From: Nemertoderma westbladi
Lineage: Eukaryota > Animalia > Xenacoelomorpha
Reading direction: 5' to 3'
DNA: 64,000 bases
NCBI GenBank assembly: GCA_032718475.1
Contig: JAUCBJ010001066.1
Span: 7,066-71,065 of the forward strand
Shown piece after piece: positions 25,501-40,500 of this stretch. Under the pieces are notes generated by a model that worked only from the letters and a program-made list of their open reading frames with translations, was not told the DNA's origin and ran no database searches. Every line of letters starts with the position of its first letter. The first letter of the stretch is position 1. The translations under genes and the position numbers were made by a program.

Positions 25501-28500
25501 TCTACCATGCGGTCATGATGTATACCTTGAGGACATCGAGTTTCTAGATTCTGCTGACTGGCAATATCGAGATAGGTCTCTCTCAAGAATTCCAGGTATT
25601 TGGTGGAGTCGCTGCATTTATCCGGCTCTTCGACATCTGCACCTTCGAGTCGGTTTCGAATAGAATTTTCGTGTTCAAGTCTCAGTTTATCGTTCCGCTT
25701 CCGCTGGGTATGATATTTAAATAAACCACTTCCCTTTGGTGTCTACATCGTTCGTATCGTGTAGGTCGATAGGATGACCAGTAGTTAAGAAGTCCATATA
25801 CGCACCATTACGATGCGTATAGCGAGCGGCGAATTTTCTACAGTCCAACCCACGCGCAAGTTGCTCCCGGGACATTGGCGGTTAGATATAACGACCATCG
25901 TCCTCCGTAGTAGTTGGACCAGCGTCGCCGCGTATCAAGCTATCAACAAACGCCCGTAAAGGTAGAGTATATCGCTCCCTGATACCAAGATCATCATCTA
26001 TCAACTCAATCATATCTGCTATATAAGTTTATCCATATTATAATGAGTTTATATTTAGGCGAGCGGGCGTCGCTGCCTACCCCTCTCTGCCCCCGGACAG
26101 TGCGAGATCCTCAGCGCTGGTGTACTTTCGCCGATGTGCCTATCGCCAACGTCGTAGCTGCACAACGACTACAACAACCAGCACGAGCCACTCCACCGTC
26201 CGTCCCAAAGGCTTAGATATACTTCAGGTTCTTACTGGAGAGTTAGGGTTACTTTCACAATTGCGACTCGCTACTGTAAACACACCTTAGTAGTAACATT
26301 CACCTACAAACGCACAAATTCCACGTAACAGTCACAAATGGTACACATTCTATCACACATTCGGGTCATTTGTCCGTTAGTCAAGTGCCTTCCAGAATGT
26401 CACGTTGTTATTATGTATCCTTGGATACTAGCGGTGCGCTATTTATTCCATATGCTATTCAATGAGCAAGCTTTTTATTGTTCTATTAACTCGCTTCTAA
26501 TTCTAGCGTGGTTGTTGCTATGGTGACATTATGGAAAGCTAGCGGTAGAATTAGGGTAATTCCCATGCATACAGATCTGGGATGCTATTTAATAGTAAGT
26601 CTTTAATGGTCAATATCATCTTTATATATGATTTTATGAATTTTATCGGCTATTGACTCTATATTGGAGATTCTCACACTCTAACACACTTAATAGGATG
26701 AATCTCCGCTCCCGTGATCTATTAATTAATGGGATTTTGGGAATGTTATAAATTGCATAAAATTGCAATTTATTAAATTCATTAAAGTATGAATTTAAAT
26801 TTATTCCCTGAAATTTTATTATTTGATAGTTAAATTGACACAATTTGATTCCAGAGCATATCTGGGGACATATGATCCTTGATTCTATGAATTTGTCTTT
26901 TTAAGAGTATCGGTAAATGCTACGATATCTTAATCGACTAGAATGTTAAAGGATCTAAAATTTGACAGATTTTGTAAATATTAATAATTAATATTTAGGA
27001 TGGGCACCAGTTTATTCCAGAACTTGTCTGGGGACGTTAACCACTGATTCTAGAATTTTGTCTTTCAAGTATATCGGTGGGTGCCGCGATATCTTAATCG
27101 ACTAGAATTGCAGATGGTCAAATGGTTTAACAGATTTATTTTGCGTTATACGCTACTGTTAAAGGGACATCACACTACTATATGTATTATTTAATATACG
27201 GTATGAGAGCAATATCGCACGAGGCAATGTCAGTGAGAAGAGGCAAGTCGTTTCCAAGGTCTACCCAGAGCTTGGTTTAGCCGAGACACGAGGATCTGAA
27301 CTTTGCATTCCTAATACTCTGCCTACCAATAATACTTGAATATAGTAGTGGCTTTATTGTACTTTAATAAGTACGGACATTTCATCTTACTGTAGTTACG
27401 TATTCGTAATGTAATACGGGCAGCAAGGAAAGAGAAAAAGAATTATTTCTCGCCGTCGCACTAAATATAATATACAAGTAATTAAGTAATAAACACTAAT
27501 ATATTGCACTGATCTACTAAATAATCACTAAATAACATTCTACTAAATAAAATTAAAGAAAACGATTATAATAAAATTACATAATAATACATACATCATA
27601 TAAAATAATAAAAATAAATATAAAATAATATAGTCACACACCCACTCCGTATGTTGTTACGTTATGGAGTCCCTAGATATTTGTTGGATTAGGGAGGTGG
27701 TCGTGGGAAGAGTATCTTGCCTTCCATAGTTTCCGGACAGTTTTCGGTCTCTTTCCGGTAAACATAAACGACCAGCTGGGCGATTGAGTGGTTGTGTTAC
27801 TTTCTCCGCTCCCTTGGCCTGTCTAATCTTCGCCGGGTTAAGATGGGGAGGCCATTCATCTTCTTTACTTAGGAAGTCGGGTTCACCTAACCAGTCTGGA
27901 GTATCTGTAAGTTCTTGAGGAGTTGCTCCTCTGGAGGCGATGTCGGCTAGATTGATCGTCTCGGGGCAATGTCTCCATTGATCTTCATTGGAGTTGATGT
28001 CGTCATGACCTGAGGAGTATGGTGTTCCCTCAGTTGGGTCGTCAACTTCACTGCTCTCCACTTCCTGTTCACTTAATTGATATACCTGTTCTTTTGGTAA
28101 TCTTTCCATAAGAGTTCTACGAGAAGGGCCAGTAAAGTACCAACCTACTCTAGTTCTTCCCGCATAAACTTGTAGAGGTTGCGGTTGAGCAGGCCGTTTC
28201 TCCAATGTCTCGAGCGCTTCATGCGCATTTTGACCGATGAGTATTTGGACTCCAGGATAATCGGTGTTGAATCTAGGTATTTCAAACTGCTGGGTGAAAT
28301 CATCCTCATCCCAATTATAAAGGTCTGCTTGAGTAGTAGCGAAGTTCTTTATAGCCACCATTTTCACTGACCTTATGCTATGTTCTCCTAGTTCGTCCTG
28401 GGGGGTGGACAACGCACCTACATAATAATCCGCTGTTACTGTAGATTTCCAAACCTGCATAATCCCTGACATGTTTAGCTTAGTTCGGAACTTGGGTTGT

Positions 28501-31500
28501 CCAGCGAATATGTCTTCGGCTAGCTCTTTGTCGATGAATGTTCCTGTACTACTGGAGTCAAGGAGGGCGTTCACTACATAACTCCTTTTTGGTCCGTGGA
28601 CCCTTACCTGTACCACAGGAAATTCTCTAATCCCTACATTGGAAGTTGGCGCTTTCCAAAATGGTGGTTGATCAGAAGTAGTTAGAGTGAGGTCACTTTC
28701 TGTATCTTTTTCATAAGTAAGTGCTCGATACACTGCGGTATTTGTTAGGTAACAGGATTCGTTTTCGTCGGAGAATTCGTCCGTATAGAATCCTTCCATC
28801 TCAGAATATTGGTCAGTGTCGTTCACATCACTGAATTGGACATGTAGTTCGGACTCACTTACCTGACTCGGGCTGTTTCGTTCGAATTCCGTGTGCAACA
28901 AGATATGATGTTTTGCGCCGCACTTTGCACACCTTACGTCGGAGTAACAGGTTCGCCGTTGGTGTCCTCGTCTGAGGCAATTATAACACAACCGCTTATC
29001 CCACATGACTTCACGTCTGTCCTTTAGTGATTTCCTCAGGAATTCATCACACGCACTTAAACGGTGGGGCCCGTCGCACAGCACACATTTGGGCTTGATG
29101 TTACTTACTTTAACATGTGCTGTGTGGTGCACGTTCGTTCTTTCCTCGGGCTTTCTCACCTGAATTCTCTTGGGAGACGTAGGAGGAGTTTTTCTTACCT
29201 GTTCTCTCCTGTCATTGGTTCGAGACTTGAATTTACTTACCTGGTCTGTAGGCGTTTTATTGACATAATAAGATCTTTCAGTGTCTTTCCCGCTATCCTC
29301 TCCTTGAGAAGTCTGGCTTTCGCCGTCGTCTGTATAACACACTGGTGTTATCCTTCTCCTAGAAACGGGTTTCTCACTTACCTTGTTTTCCAGTGTCTTC
29401 TCTCTGCACTTCTCTCTGCTCTCTGGGCTTCTCTCTGTAATTTCACTTCTCCATCTAAGAATGACATGAGATCAGCCATGGTAGGGTCTCGTCGTTGTTG
29501 TTCCATCATATATAACACTTTCTTGTCCCAGCGTGTACCTACTCCACCCTTGGGCAAAGTAGATGCTAAGGCTCCTACAACCATAGAATTCTGGTATTCA
29601 TGAGACTTACCTAGCCAATCTAATTGTCTACAGATCTCCTGAATCTCATCGGAAAACTCTATAATCCCGCTGCTAAGAAACTTTCGGGGCGCCATTAATT
29701 TTGCATACAAATACCTAGCTATGTTATTCCTATTACCATACCTGATGTTTAGTGTATCCCAAACTTGTCTTAATCCGTCTGGATGTCCAATAAATTTTAA
29801 CGCCATTAACTTGGGAGGTCCTTCCAAGCATTCGATGAGGTATCTGAGTTTCTCTCCGTTAGATAGCACAGAATTCTGTATGTTATCTTTGTAATATTCA
29901 TTAAAAGGTAACCATTTCATCTCATCTCCATTGAACTTGACGATCTCTCCAACCTTTACCGCTTGACGGGCTTCGGTTCTAGCCATTTGACGCGTAAAAC
30001 TTTCTTGAGCCATCGTATTATTGAATATAGAATTATCGGTATATAAATTTCTCGGATTATGATCAGGTCTATATGGAATATTATTATCAACAGGTTTATA
30101 ATCACCCTGAATAGGGTTTACTATAGGAGTTTCTACTTCACTAGCAGTATAGATGCGTGTAGGCTCCACACCTTGCGCATGAGATACTTCAGACCTAACG
30201 GGTTGACACATTGTTACAGGGGGTGGTGGTATACCCTTTTGTAAATTGACTAATTTATCGCGTTCGAACGCGATACTTTGCTGCACTTCTTGCAACTCTA
30301 ACCTACTTTCCCTTACTGTGCCCTTGAATTGCTGAACGGTCTCCTGCATCTGTCCGAGCAGGAGATCCATCCCCCGTCGTCTCTCATCCACCCATTCGAC
30401 CGCCGAAGCGGGATTTGCCAACGTTGTAGCGGGCGGACGAGGGACAACGGGCGACAAATCATGAATATTTCGCTCAGAGTCCAGGGCATGAACTGTCTCA
30501 TGGGCTGTTCTGCTGGGCACAGGTAGCTTGGTACTGTGCAAAGGGAATTTAGAGGTAGGTTCAGGGAGTACAGGTGTCTCTACCACTGAAAGGGTGGCTT
30601 CGGGAACAGGCCTAATTATTTCAGGCTCATCTACTATAGTAGGGAGTCTTTCTATTGTAATTATTTGGTCTGTGGGTTCTGTACTACCCAAGTTGGTATT
30701 ATTTAGTTGCCTTCTAACAGCTGGAGGCAAATCAGGCAATTTCTGACGGTGGGATGTTCTTTTACGTCTGCTTAGGTGAGATCTATTTCCTTTGCCTTCA
30801 GTATCGGTGGTATCGCCTTCCTCAGATGATGTATATCCCTGTCTTTTGGGAGTAGATCGATTCATCATCTGCATATTACTAGCTGTTAACTGTTTATTTA
30901 TGCAGTCTTGATTCTCCTGAATATTTTCCAATTCTAATTGGGCGATCTCTTCAGCCGCTATCTGCTCTGCTTCTGCCGCTGCCATTGCCGCTTTTCTTTC
31001 CATTTCAGCTGCTTTTCTTTTCGCTTCTGCCTCTGCCGCTGCCGCTGCCGCTGCCACTGCCGCTTTTCTTTCCATTTTGGCTGCTTTACTTTCCTCTTCG
31101 GCTGCTTTCCTTTCGGCTTCTGCAGCTGCTACTGCTGCTTTCTTTCTGTCTTCTATGCGTTTTTTCTTCACCCTTTCTTCTTGGTCTCTAGCGATGCGGA
31201 GTTGTTCATCGAATTTAGCTTGGTTCGCCGCTAACCTATCCACATCAATTGCGTCCAACACATGCTGGGCTCCTTCACTATTAGGGCTAAGTCCATCTAG
31301 CCTTCTCCTCAACTCTTCATCTCCCAAAAAACGCTGATAGTCTGACAGATAGATGTCAATGGCATCCCTCTTATGCGGTTTCTCTGCCGTCGCTTCACTT
31401 TCCACTTGGGAAAAAGTAGCGTCTGTTGATTCTCCATGGGTTGAGCGCTCCTCCAGCTGAGCTTTCCACTGAGCTGTTCCTTGAACCTGGAGACTCACCC

Positions 31501-34500
31501 GTTGAAACCAAGTCTTTACGGCAACTTGCAACGACGTGTCTTGTCTTCTTTTAGAAGCCTCTTCAAAGGCTGATAATATTAGCCTGATTCGCAGAATTCT
31601 TTCTCTAACTTGATAAAGCAGTTGTCCCTGCTCTTGAGGTCCTTGAGGTTGTTGGAACAGTTGTTCTTTTACTCGCTCCATAGAGCTGAAGAATCCCTGT
31701 GCGTATCCGGCTGCGGACCTCTTCCACACAGCTGGATCGATGGTTTCCTTGGCTACTCCCATCCGGTGTATGTCTTCCCAGGCAGCTTCTGATAAATCAA
31801 ACGGGAGTCCGGGTCCGGGAAAGTTCCATTGCGACTCGACCATAGACTTCAGTTCTTCCCTTGTGTATCCCTCATAACTATCTTTAGTTGATCGCTTACT
31901 TCTCGCCCAATCGATCTGGTGTTCTTCCACCGCAATCAATAACCTAGTGAGTACGGCTGCAGGAAGGATGAGAAGGGGATCCGAATAAACCGCATCCGTC
32001 ATCCTTGCTCCGCGCTCGGGTGTCAGCTCTACAGTATCCTCACTACTGGAGCTGTCGGGCCGCTGAGAAATAAGTTCTTGGCTCGCGGGTTGTTGCTGTT
32101 CCGCTGCTTCTTGGTCCCGCTTGACCTGGGCTCGAGTGCCTATGATAGACCTATGGTGTTGGACCAGCCTAGGTTCTGTTATTACTACTGGAGGGATGAC
32201 CTTCCTCACAGTGGGAGGTGAACTGAACTTAGGTGTAGACGGTTCTACACCCTTATCTGAGTCGCAAATAGTTGCATCTAATAAACTGTCTGACAGGTTC
32301 TGCTTAGTATCAGACATGTTTGTTTACACAGTTGAATGCCTACTGCTATATTACAGTCTAAGCAAGTCTAGTAATTCAGCATTAACTGCTAACCTAGTAA
32401 TTAATTACCGATACTGCTACTCAGTGTAGCGTGATATATATATAATATTAGAATACCGGTATGCTTATAGTCCACGAAGCTAAGGAAAATCAACTACTTT
32501 CGCTAAGAAAGATTTTCCTTAGCTGAGATGGTCTATTCATAGTGGGCTATTTTACTTGTGTGAGGCAGATTTGGGGTTTTTTGATAGGCGAAAAAACTAG
32601 CCTTTAAAAGTACCCTGAAATTTTGCATGTATATACTACTCGGCGAGGCGCATCTTTTGGGCCGGGTCTCATATCCAGGAAAAATCTGGTTTCCATGGCA
32701 ACGGACTTCAAAAAAAGTCTATGTATTTCAAGTCAATATTTATAACTCTATTTGTAGGAAAACTATAATAGATTTAAACTTGGGGTTTTGCAACACAACT
32801 ATAAGGTCCATAGCAGATCCGATTGAGGCTAAATAGAAAATCCAGTTACCTTGGCAACCGAGATAAACAGATGTTAAAATTTATAAAATGTTAATTTGAG
32901 GCCTAAGGGCAAGGTGTTATGACTTGGGACCAACCCCTACCCCCACTATATAACTTATTCTGCATCCGAATTACATTGTTCTATTTTTCAGTTACCATGA
33001 CAACAGCCGAAAACAGATGTTTTTATACAAAAATTATTCATTTGGACATAGACTTCGCGATAAAATTTTACAAAACTGGGTATGTGTTATCTGCACCACT
33101 AGTTGGAACTTTTAGTGAAACTTAAATCATTCCAGAAATTTAGTTACCATGGTAACTGTAGTTTATTAAACTCTATATCATTCAAGTCTATATTGATAAC
33201 TCTATTTCTAGCAAAACTGTAATATATATAAACTTGGGGTTTTGTAACTCATCTATAATTTCCATATCCATCCAAGCCGTTTGAGGTTAATTAGAAAGTA
33301 CAGTTACCATAGCAACAAGACTAAACAGATGTTACTATTTATAAAATGATAATTTGAAGCACAAGTTCCACGAAGCTAAGGAAAATCAACTACTTTCGCT
33401 AAGAAAGATTTTCCTTAGCTGAGATGGTCTATTCATAGTGGGCTATTTTACTTGTGTGAGGCAGATTTGGGGTTTTTTGATAGGCGAAAAAACTAGCCTT
33501 TAAAAGTACCCTGAAATTTTGCATGTATATACTACTCGGCGAGGCGCATCTTTTGGGCCGGGTCTCATATCCAGGAAAAATCTGGTTTCCATGGCAACGG
33601 ACTTCAAAAAAAGTCTATGTATTTCAAGTCAATATTTATAACTCTATTTGTAGGAAAACTATAATAGATTTAAACTTGGGGTTTTGCAACACAACTATAA
33701 GGTCCATAGCAGATCCGATTGAGGCTAAATAGAAAATCCAGTTACGTTGGCAACCGGGATAAACAGATGTTAAAATTTATAAAATGATAATTTGAGGCCT
33801 AAGGGCAAGGTGTTATGACTTGAGACCAACCCCTACCCCCACTATATAACTTATTCTGCATCCGAATTACATTGTTCTATTTTTCAGTTACCATGACAAC
33901 AGCCGAAAACAGATGTTTTTATACAAAAATTATTCATTTGGACATAGACTTCGCGATAAAATTTTACAAAACTGGGTATGTGTTATCTGCACCACTAGTT
34001 GGAACTTTTAGTGAAACTTAAATCATTCCAGAAATTTAGTTACCATGGTAACTGTAGTTTATTAAACTCTATATCATTCAAGTCTATATTGATAACTCTA
34101 TTTCTAGCAAAACTGTAATATATATAAACTTGGGGTTTTGTAACTCATCTATAATTTCCATATCCATCCAAGCCGTTTGAGGTTAATTAGAAAGTACAGT
34201 TACCATAGCAACAAGACTAAACAGATGTTACTATTTATAAAATGATAATTTGAAGCACAAGTTAATAGTATTATGACTTGGGACCAAGACCTACCCCCAC
34301 TATATGACTTATTCTGCATCCGAATTACATTATTATATTTTTCAGTTTCCATGACAACCACTGCAAACAGATGCATTTTGATAGAAAATCGGTAATTTGG
34401 ACATAAACTACAATATTTTCTGAAACTCGGTATATGTGTTATAATCTGAACCACAATCTGGACTGAATCTTTTTTCAAAGGTAAAACCCACAGTTCCAGA

Positions 34501-37500
34501 GAACTCTAGTTTCCATGGGAATAGACGTAAATTATTGGCAATTGCTACTAAACTAGGCTATAAGCAACGAACCAAAGTGTGGCCGTTTGTTTAATTTTCC
34601 TTAGCTTCGTGGTTGCATTTCCTTTAGGAAATGCCTTTCTCGTAATAGTATTATGACTTGGGACCAAGACCTACCCCCACTATATGACTTATTCTGCATC
34701 CGAATTACATTATTATATTTTTCAGTTTCCATGACAACCACTGCAAACAGATGCATTTTGATAGAAAATCGGTAATTTGGACATAAACTACAATATTTTC
34801 TGAAACTCGGTATATGTGTTATAATCTGAACCACAATCTGGACTGAATCTTTTTTCAAAGGTAAAACCCACAGTTCCAGAGAACTCTAGTTTCCATGGGA
34901 ATAGAAGTAAATTATTGGCAATTGCTACTAAACTAGGCTATAAGCAACGAACCAAAGTGTGGCCGTTTGTTTAATTTTCCTTAGCTTCGTGGTTGCATTT
35001 CCTTTAGGAAATGCCTTTCTCGTATATATAAGTATTATTAGTAACTAGAATTAATTACAGAATACCGGTATGATTTCAGCACAAATATATAAATATATAA
35101 TAGGCCTATCGTGGATACCGGTATGCAGTTTACACTTATAGTCCACGAAGCTAAGGAAAATCAACTACTTTCGCTAAGAAAGATTTTCCTTAGCTGAGAT
35201 GGTCTATTCATAGTGGGCTATTTTACTTGTGTGAGGCAGATTTGGGGTTTTTTGATAGGCGAAAAAACTAGCCTTTAAAAGTACCCTGAAATTTTGCATG
35301 TATATACTACTCGACGAGGCGCATCTTTTGGGCCGGGTCTCATATCCAGGAAAAATCTGGTTTCCATGGCAACGGACTTCAAAAAAAGTCTATGTATTTC
35401 AAGTCAATATTTATAACTCTATTTGTAGGAAAACTATAATAGATATAAACTTGGGGTTTCGCAACACAACTATAAGGTCCATAGCAGATCCGATTGAGGC
35501 TAAATAGAAAATCCAGTTACCTTGGCAACCGGGATAAACAGATGTTAAAATTTATAAAATGTTAATTTGAAGCCTAAGGGCAAGGTGTTATGACTTGGGA
35601 CCAACCCCTACCCCCACTATATAACTTATTCTGCATCCGAATTACATTGTTCTATTTTTCAGTTACCATGACAACCGCTGAAAACAGATGTTTTTATTCA
35701 AAACTTATTCATTTGGACATAGACTTCACGATAAAATTTTACAAAACTGGGTATGTGTTATCTGGACCACTAGTTGGAACTTTTAGTGAAACTCAAAACA
35801 TTCCAGAAATATCTAGTTACCGTGGTAACTGGAGTTTATTACAGATTATATCATTCAAGTCTATATTCATAACTCTATTTGTAGAAAAACCGCAATAGAT
35901 ATAAACTTGGGGTTTCTCAACTCAACTATAAGGTTCATATCCAAGCCGTTCGAGGTTAATTAGAAATTCCAGTCACCATAGCAACAAGACTAAACAGATA
36001 TTAAAATTTATAAAATGATAATTTGAAGCACAAGTTAATAGTATTATGACTTGGGACCAACACCTACCCCCACTATATGACTTATTCTGCATCCGAATTA
36101 CATTGTTCTATTTTTCAGTTTCCATGACAACCACTACAAACAGATGCATTTTGATAGAAAATCGGTAATTTGGACATAAACTACAATATTTTCTAAAACT
36201 CAGTACATGTGTTATCTGAACCACAATCTGTACTGAATTTTTTTTCAAAGGTTAAAGCAACAGTTCCAGCGAACTCTAGTTTCCATGGGAATAGAAGTTA
36301 ATTATTGACAATTGCTACTAAACGAGGCTAAGCAAGCAACGAACCAAAGTGTGGCCGTTTGTTTAATTTTCCTTAGCTTCGTGGTTGCATTTCCTTTAGG
36401 AAATGCCTTTCTCGTATATATAAGTATAATTATTAACTAAAATTAATTACAGAATACCGGTATGATTTCAGCCTAAGTTTATGAAAATAAAGATAATAAG
36501 CCTATTGTAAATACCGGTATATCAATTATTTTAAATAATTGAATTTCTGAATTTTAAGGGTTACTTGGTTACTTTAACTTACTTTATCGCCGTTATTTAA
36601 GCAGTAGTCCAACTGATATTGAGACCTAATTGTTATATGGCAGGCCTACTATTTATAAATCGTTTGAGTTGATTTATAATATCCACGAAGCTAAGGAAAA
36701 TCAACTACTTTCGCTAAGAAAGATTTTCCTTAGCTGAGATGGTCTATTCATAGTGGGCTATTTTACTTGTGTGGGGCAGATTTGGGGTTTTTTGGTCGGG
36801 GAAAAAACTAGCCTTTAAAAGTACCCTGAAATTTTGCATGTATATACAACTCATCAAGGCGCGTCGTGTGGGACGGGTCTCATCTCCAGGAAAAATCTGG
36901 TTTCTATGGCAACGGACTTAGAAAAAAGTCTATGTATTTCAAGTCAATATTTGTAACTCTATTTGTAGGAAAACTATAATACATATAAACTTGGGGTTTC
37001 TCAACACAACTATAAGGTCCATAGCAGAGCCGATTGAGGTTAAATAGAAAATCCAGTTACCTTGGCAACCGGGCTAAACAGATGTTAAAATTTTTAAAAT
37101 GTTAATTTGAAGCCTAAGGTTAAGGTGTGATGACTTGGGACCAATCCCTACCCCCACTATATAACTTATTCTGCGTCCGAATTTGATTGTTCTATTTTGC
37201 AGTTACCTTGACAACCGCTGAAAACAGATGTTTTTATACGAAAATTATTCATTTGTACATAGACTTCACGATAAAATTTTACGAAACTAGGTATGTGTTA
37301 TCTGGACCACTAGTTGGAACTTTTAGTGAAACTCAAAACATTCCAGAAATATCTAGTTACCATGGTAACTGTAGTTTTTTTAAAGTTATATATCATTCAA
37401 GTCTATAATCATAACTCTATTTGGAGAAAAACTGTAATATATATAAACTTGGGGTTTTGCAACTCATCTATAAGGTCCATATACAAACCGTTCGAGGTTA

Positions 37501-40500
37501 ATTTGAAAATCCAGCTACCATAGCAACAAGACTATACAGATGTTAAAATTTATAAAATGATAATTTGAAGCACAAGTTAATAGTATTATGACTTGGGACC
37601 AACACCTACCCCCACTATATGACTTATTCTGCATCCGAATTACATTGTTCTATTTTTCAGTTTCCCTGACAACCACTGCAAACAAACCGATGCATTTTCA
37701 TAGAAAATCGGTAATTTGAACATAAACTACAATATTTTCTGAAACTCGGTATATATGTTATCTGAACCACAATCTGGACTAAATCTTTTTTCAAAGGTTA
37801 AACCAACAGTTCCAGAAAACTGTAGTTTCCATGGGAATATAAGTTAATTATATTGGAAAATGCTACTAAACTAGGCTAAGTTAAGCAACGAACCAAAGTG
37901 TGGCCGTTTGTTTAATTTTCCTTAGCTTCGTGGTTGCATTTCCTTTAGGAAATGCCTTTCTAGTATATATACCCGTTTAATGGGTTTTGTCAATGTTTGA
38001 AATAAATGTTATTATTTCTGGGGGAGTCACTACACATAAGCTGTGCGCTCTCAGTGGAGTGCTACTTGTTAGACACTAAAACAAATAATTCTAATCCACG
38101 AAGCTAAGGAAAATCAACTACTTTCGCTAAGAAAGATTTTCCTTAGCTGAGATGGTCTATTCATAGTGGGCTGTTTTACTTGTATGGAGCAGATTTAGTG
38201 TTTTTTGATAGGTGAAAAAACTAGCCTTTAAAAGTACCCTGAAATTTTGCATGTATATACAACTCATCAAGGCGCGTCGTGTGGGATGGGTCTCATATCC
38301 AGGAAAAATCTGGTTTCCATGGCAACGGACTTAGAAAAAAGTCTATGTATTTCAAGTCAATATTTGTAACTCTATTTGTAGGAAAACTATAATACATATA
38401 AACTTGGGGTTTCTCAACACAACTATAAGGTCCATAGCAGAGCCGATTGAGGTTAAATAGAAAATCCAGTTACCTTGGCAACCGGGCTAAACAGATGTTA
38501 AAATTTTTAAAATGTTAATTTGAAGCCTAAGGTTAAGGTGTGATGACTTGGGACCAATCCCTACCCCCACTATATAACTTATTCTGCGTCCGAATTTGAT
38601 TGTTCTATTTTGCAGTTACCATGACAACCGCTGAAAACAGATGTTTTTATACAACAATTATTCATTTGGACATAGACTTCACGATAAAATTTTACAAAAC
38701 TGGGTATGTGTTATCTGGACCACTAGTTGGAACTTTTAGTGAAACTCAAAACATTCCAGAAATATCTAGTTACCATGGTAACTGGAGCTTATTAAAGTCA
38801 ATATCATTCAAGTCTATATTTTTAACTCTTGTTTGTAGGAAAACTGTATTAGATATAAATATTGGGTTTCCCAACTCAACTATAAGGAAGGTCCTTAGAG
38901 GAGCCAATTGTGGTTAATTAGAAAATCCAGTTACCTTGGTAACCAGGCTAAACAGATGTTATAATTTAAAAAATTATAATTAGAAACACAAGTTAAAGGC
39001 ATTATGACTTGGGACCAACCCCTACCACCATAATATCACTTATTCTGCATCCAATCTACGTTGTTCTATTTGCCAGTTACCTTGACAACCACTGCAAACA
39101 GACTTTTTAACAAATTAATAATTAATTTTGCACATAAACTACTCAATGAAGCTTCCTTGAAGTCGATGTGTCACCTGGAACCACAAACTAGATCTTAATG
39201 TAAAACTCAGCATTTCTAGAAAAGTCCAGTTACCTTGGCAATACCGGGAGTTCTTTTAACTCGGTAAATCAATGAACTGATGAGTCAAAGAGTGTCTAAT
39301 TTTCCTTAGCTTCGTGGTTGCATTTCCTTTAGGAAATGCCTTTCTAGTTTACCTAAGTCTTCCTTGAAGTCGATGTGTCACCTGGAACCACAAACTAGAT
39401 CTTAATGTAAAACTCAGCATTTCTAGAAAAGTCCAGTTACCTTGGCAATACCGGGAGTTCTTTTAACTCGGTAAATCAATGAACTGATGAGTCAAAGAGT
39501 GTCTAATTTTCCTTAGCTTCGTGGTTGCATTTCCTTTAGGAAATGCCTTTCTAGTTTACCTAAGTTACTTAATACTACAAATTACGTACAATTCTGGTTG
39601 AGATTACAATCTCTAAATAAACACAAAAATTTAATTACAAATACACAAATACGAATTTTTAGGGTAATTTTACAAGAAGTCTACTAACCAGCCTAACAAA
39701 GGGTTAGAATATCTGGTTATTACAACGGACAGTTACTACGGTATTTGAAAATAATAAGTAGTAGTAAATATACTGCACTGTCCAGATAGGAAAATACCAC
39801 CGCCTGACGACCTATAACCGTATCGCTATAGGTACTACGTTATGTATCACGGAGTGTTCCTACCTAGAGATTAATTACCGCGGTCTACCAGAACCAACGT
39901 GCCTATTAACCACTTTACAACACAAATATACTGCCTACACACTAATCACCTTCGGAAAGTACAGTACACTAAACCCTAAATTAGGTACAAGTACTTGTAC
40001 GACAAATAATTAGTAGTTAAAAATACTTGAACAGCTAAAAGAACCACGGTATCTGCCGGAGTGACCAAAGCATAAAATCTCCAATCTTTACCTACACCGA
40101 GCAGCCCTGATGTAGTACCGGGGTTAGTTTAACTATAACGGTATGTATAACAAACACAATTACTGTAGGAATAAACTTGGGGATATGAATGTTGCGAATA
40201 ATCGCATAAACTCTGAATAATAAATATTACGCTACGCGTACAAACTACTCAAACAAAATGCAGACCAAATACTGACAGACTACTATCAAGCCTAAACAAA
40301 CTACGGTATATGCAGACTCCGAAATGATTAGTTAGTATGCGTTCTAACCCAGTAGTACGACTTATTCTTTCACAGGGGGTTTACCTCACAGCACTTGAAG
40401 CCCCTACTTTCCTAACTTAGCACTTTATCGGACAGATGCTCTACACACACCGAAATTTCCTCAAACCCAACAACAGCCAGACAACTATCCAGCCTACAAA

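Noticed and set aside
32627-38917. Repeated short ORFs (MYILLGEAH..., MTWDQPL..., MKKDSVQ...)
   Set aside because: Identical because the host element is repeated; stops and frames differ between copies and no Rep/helicase motif is present.
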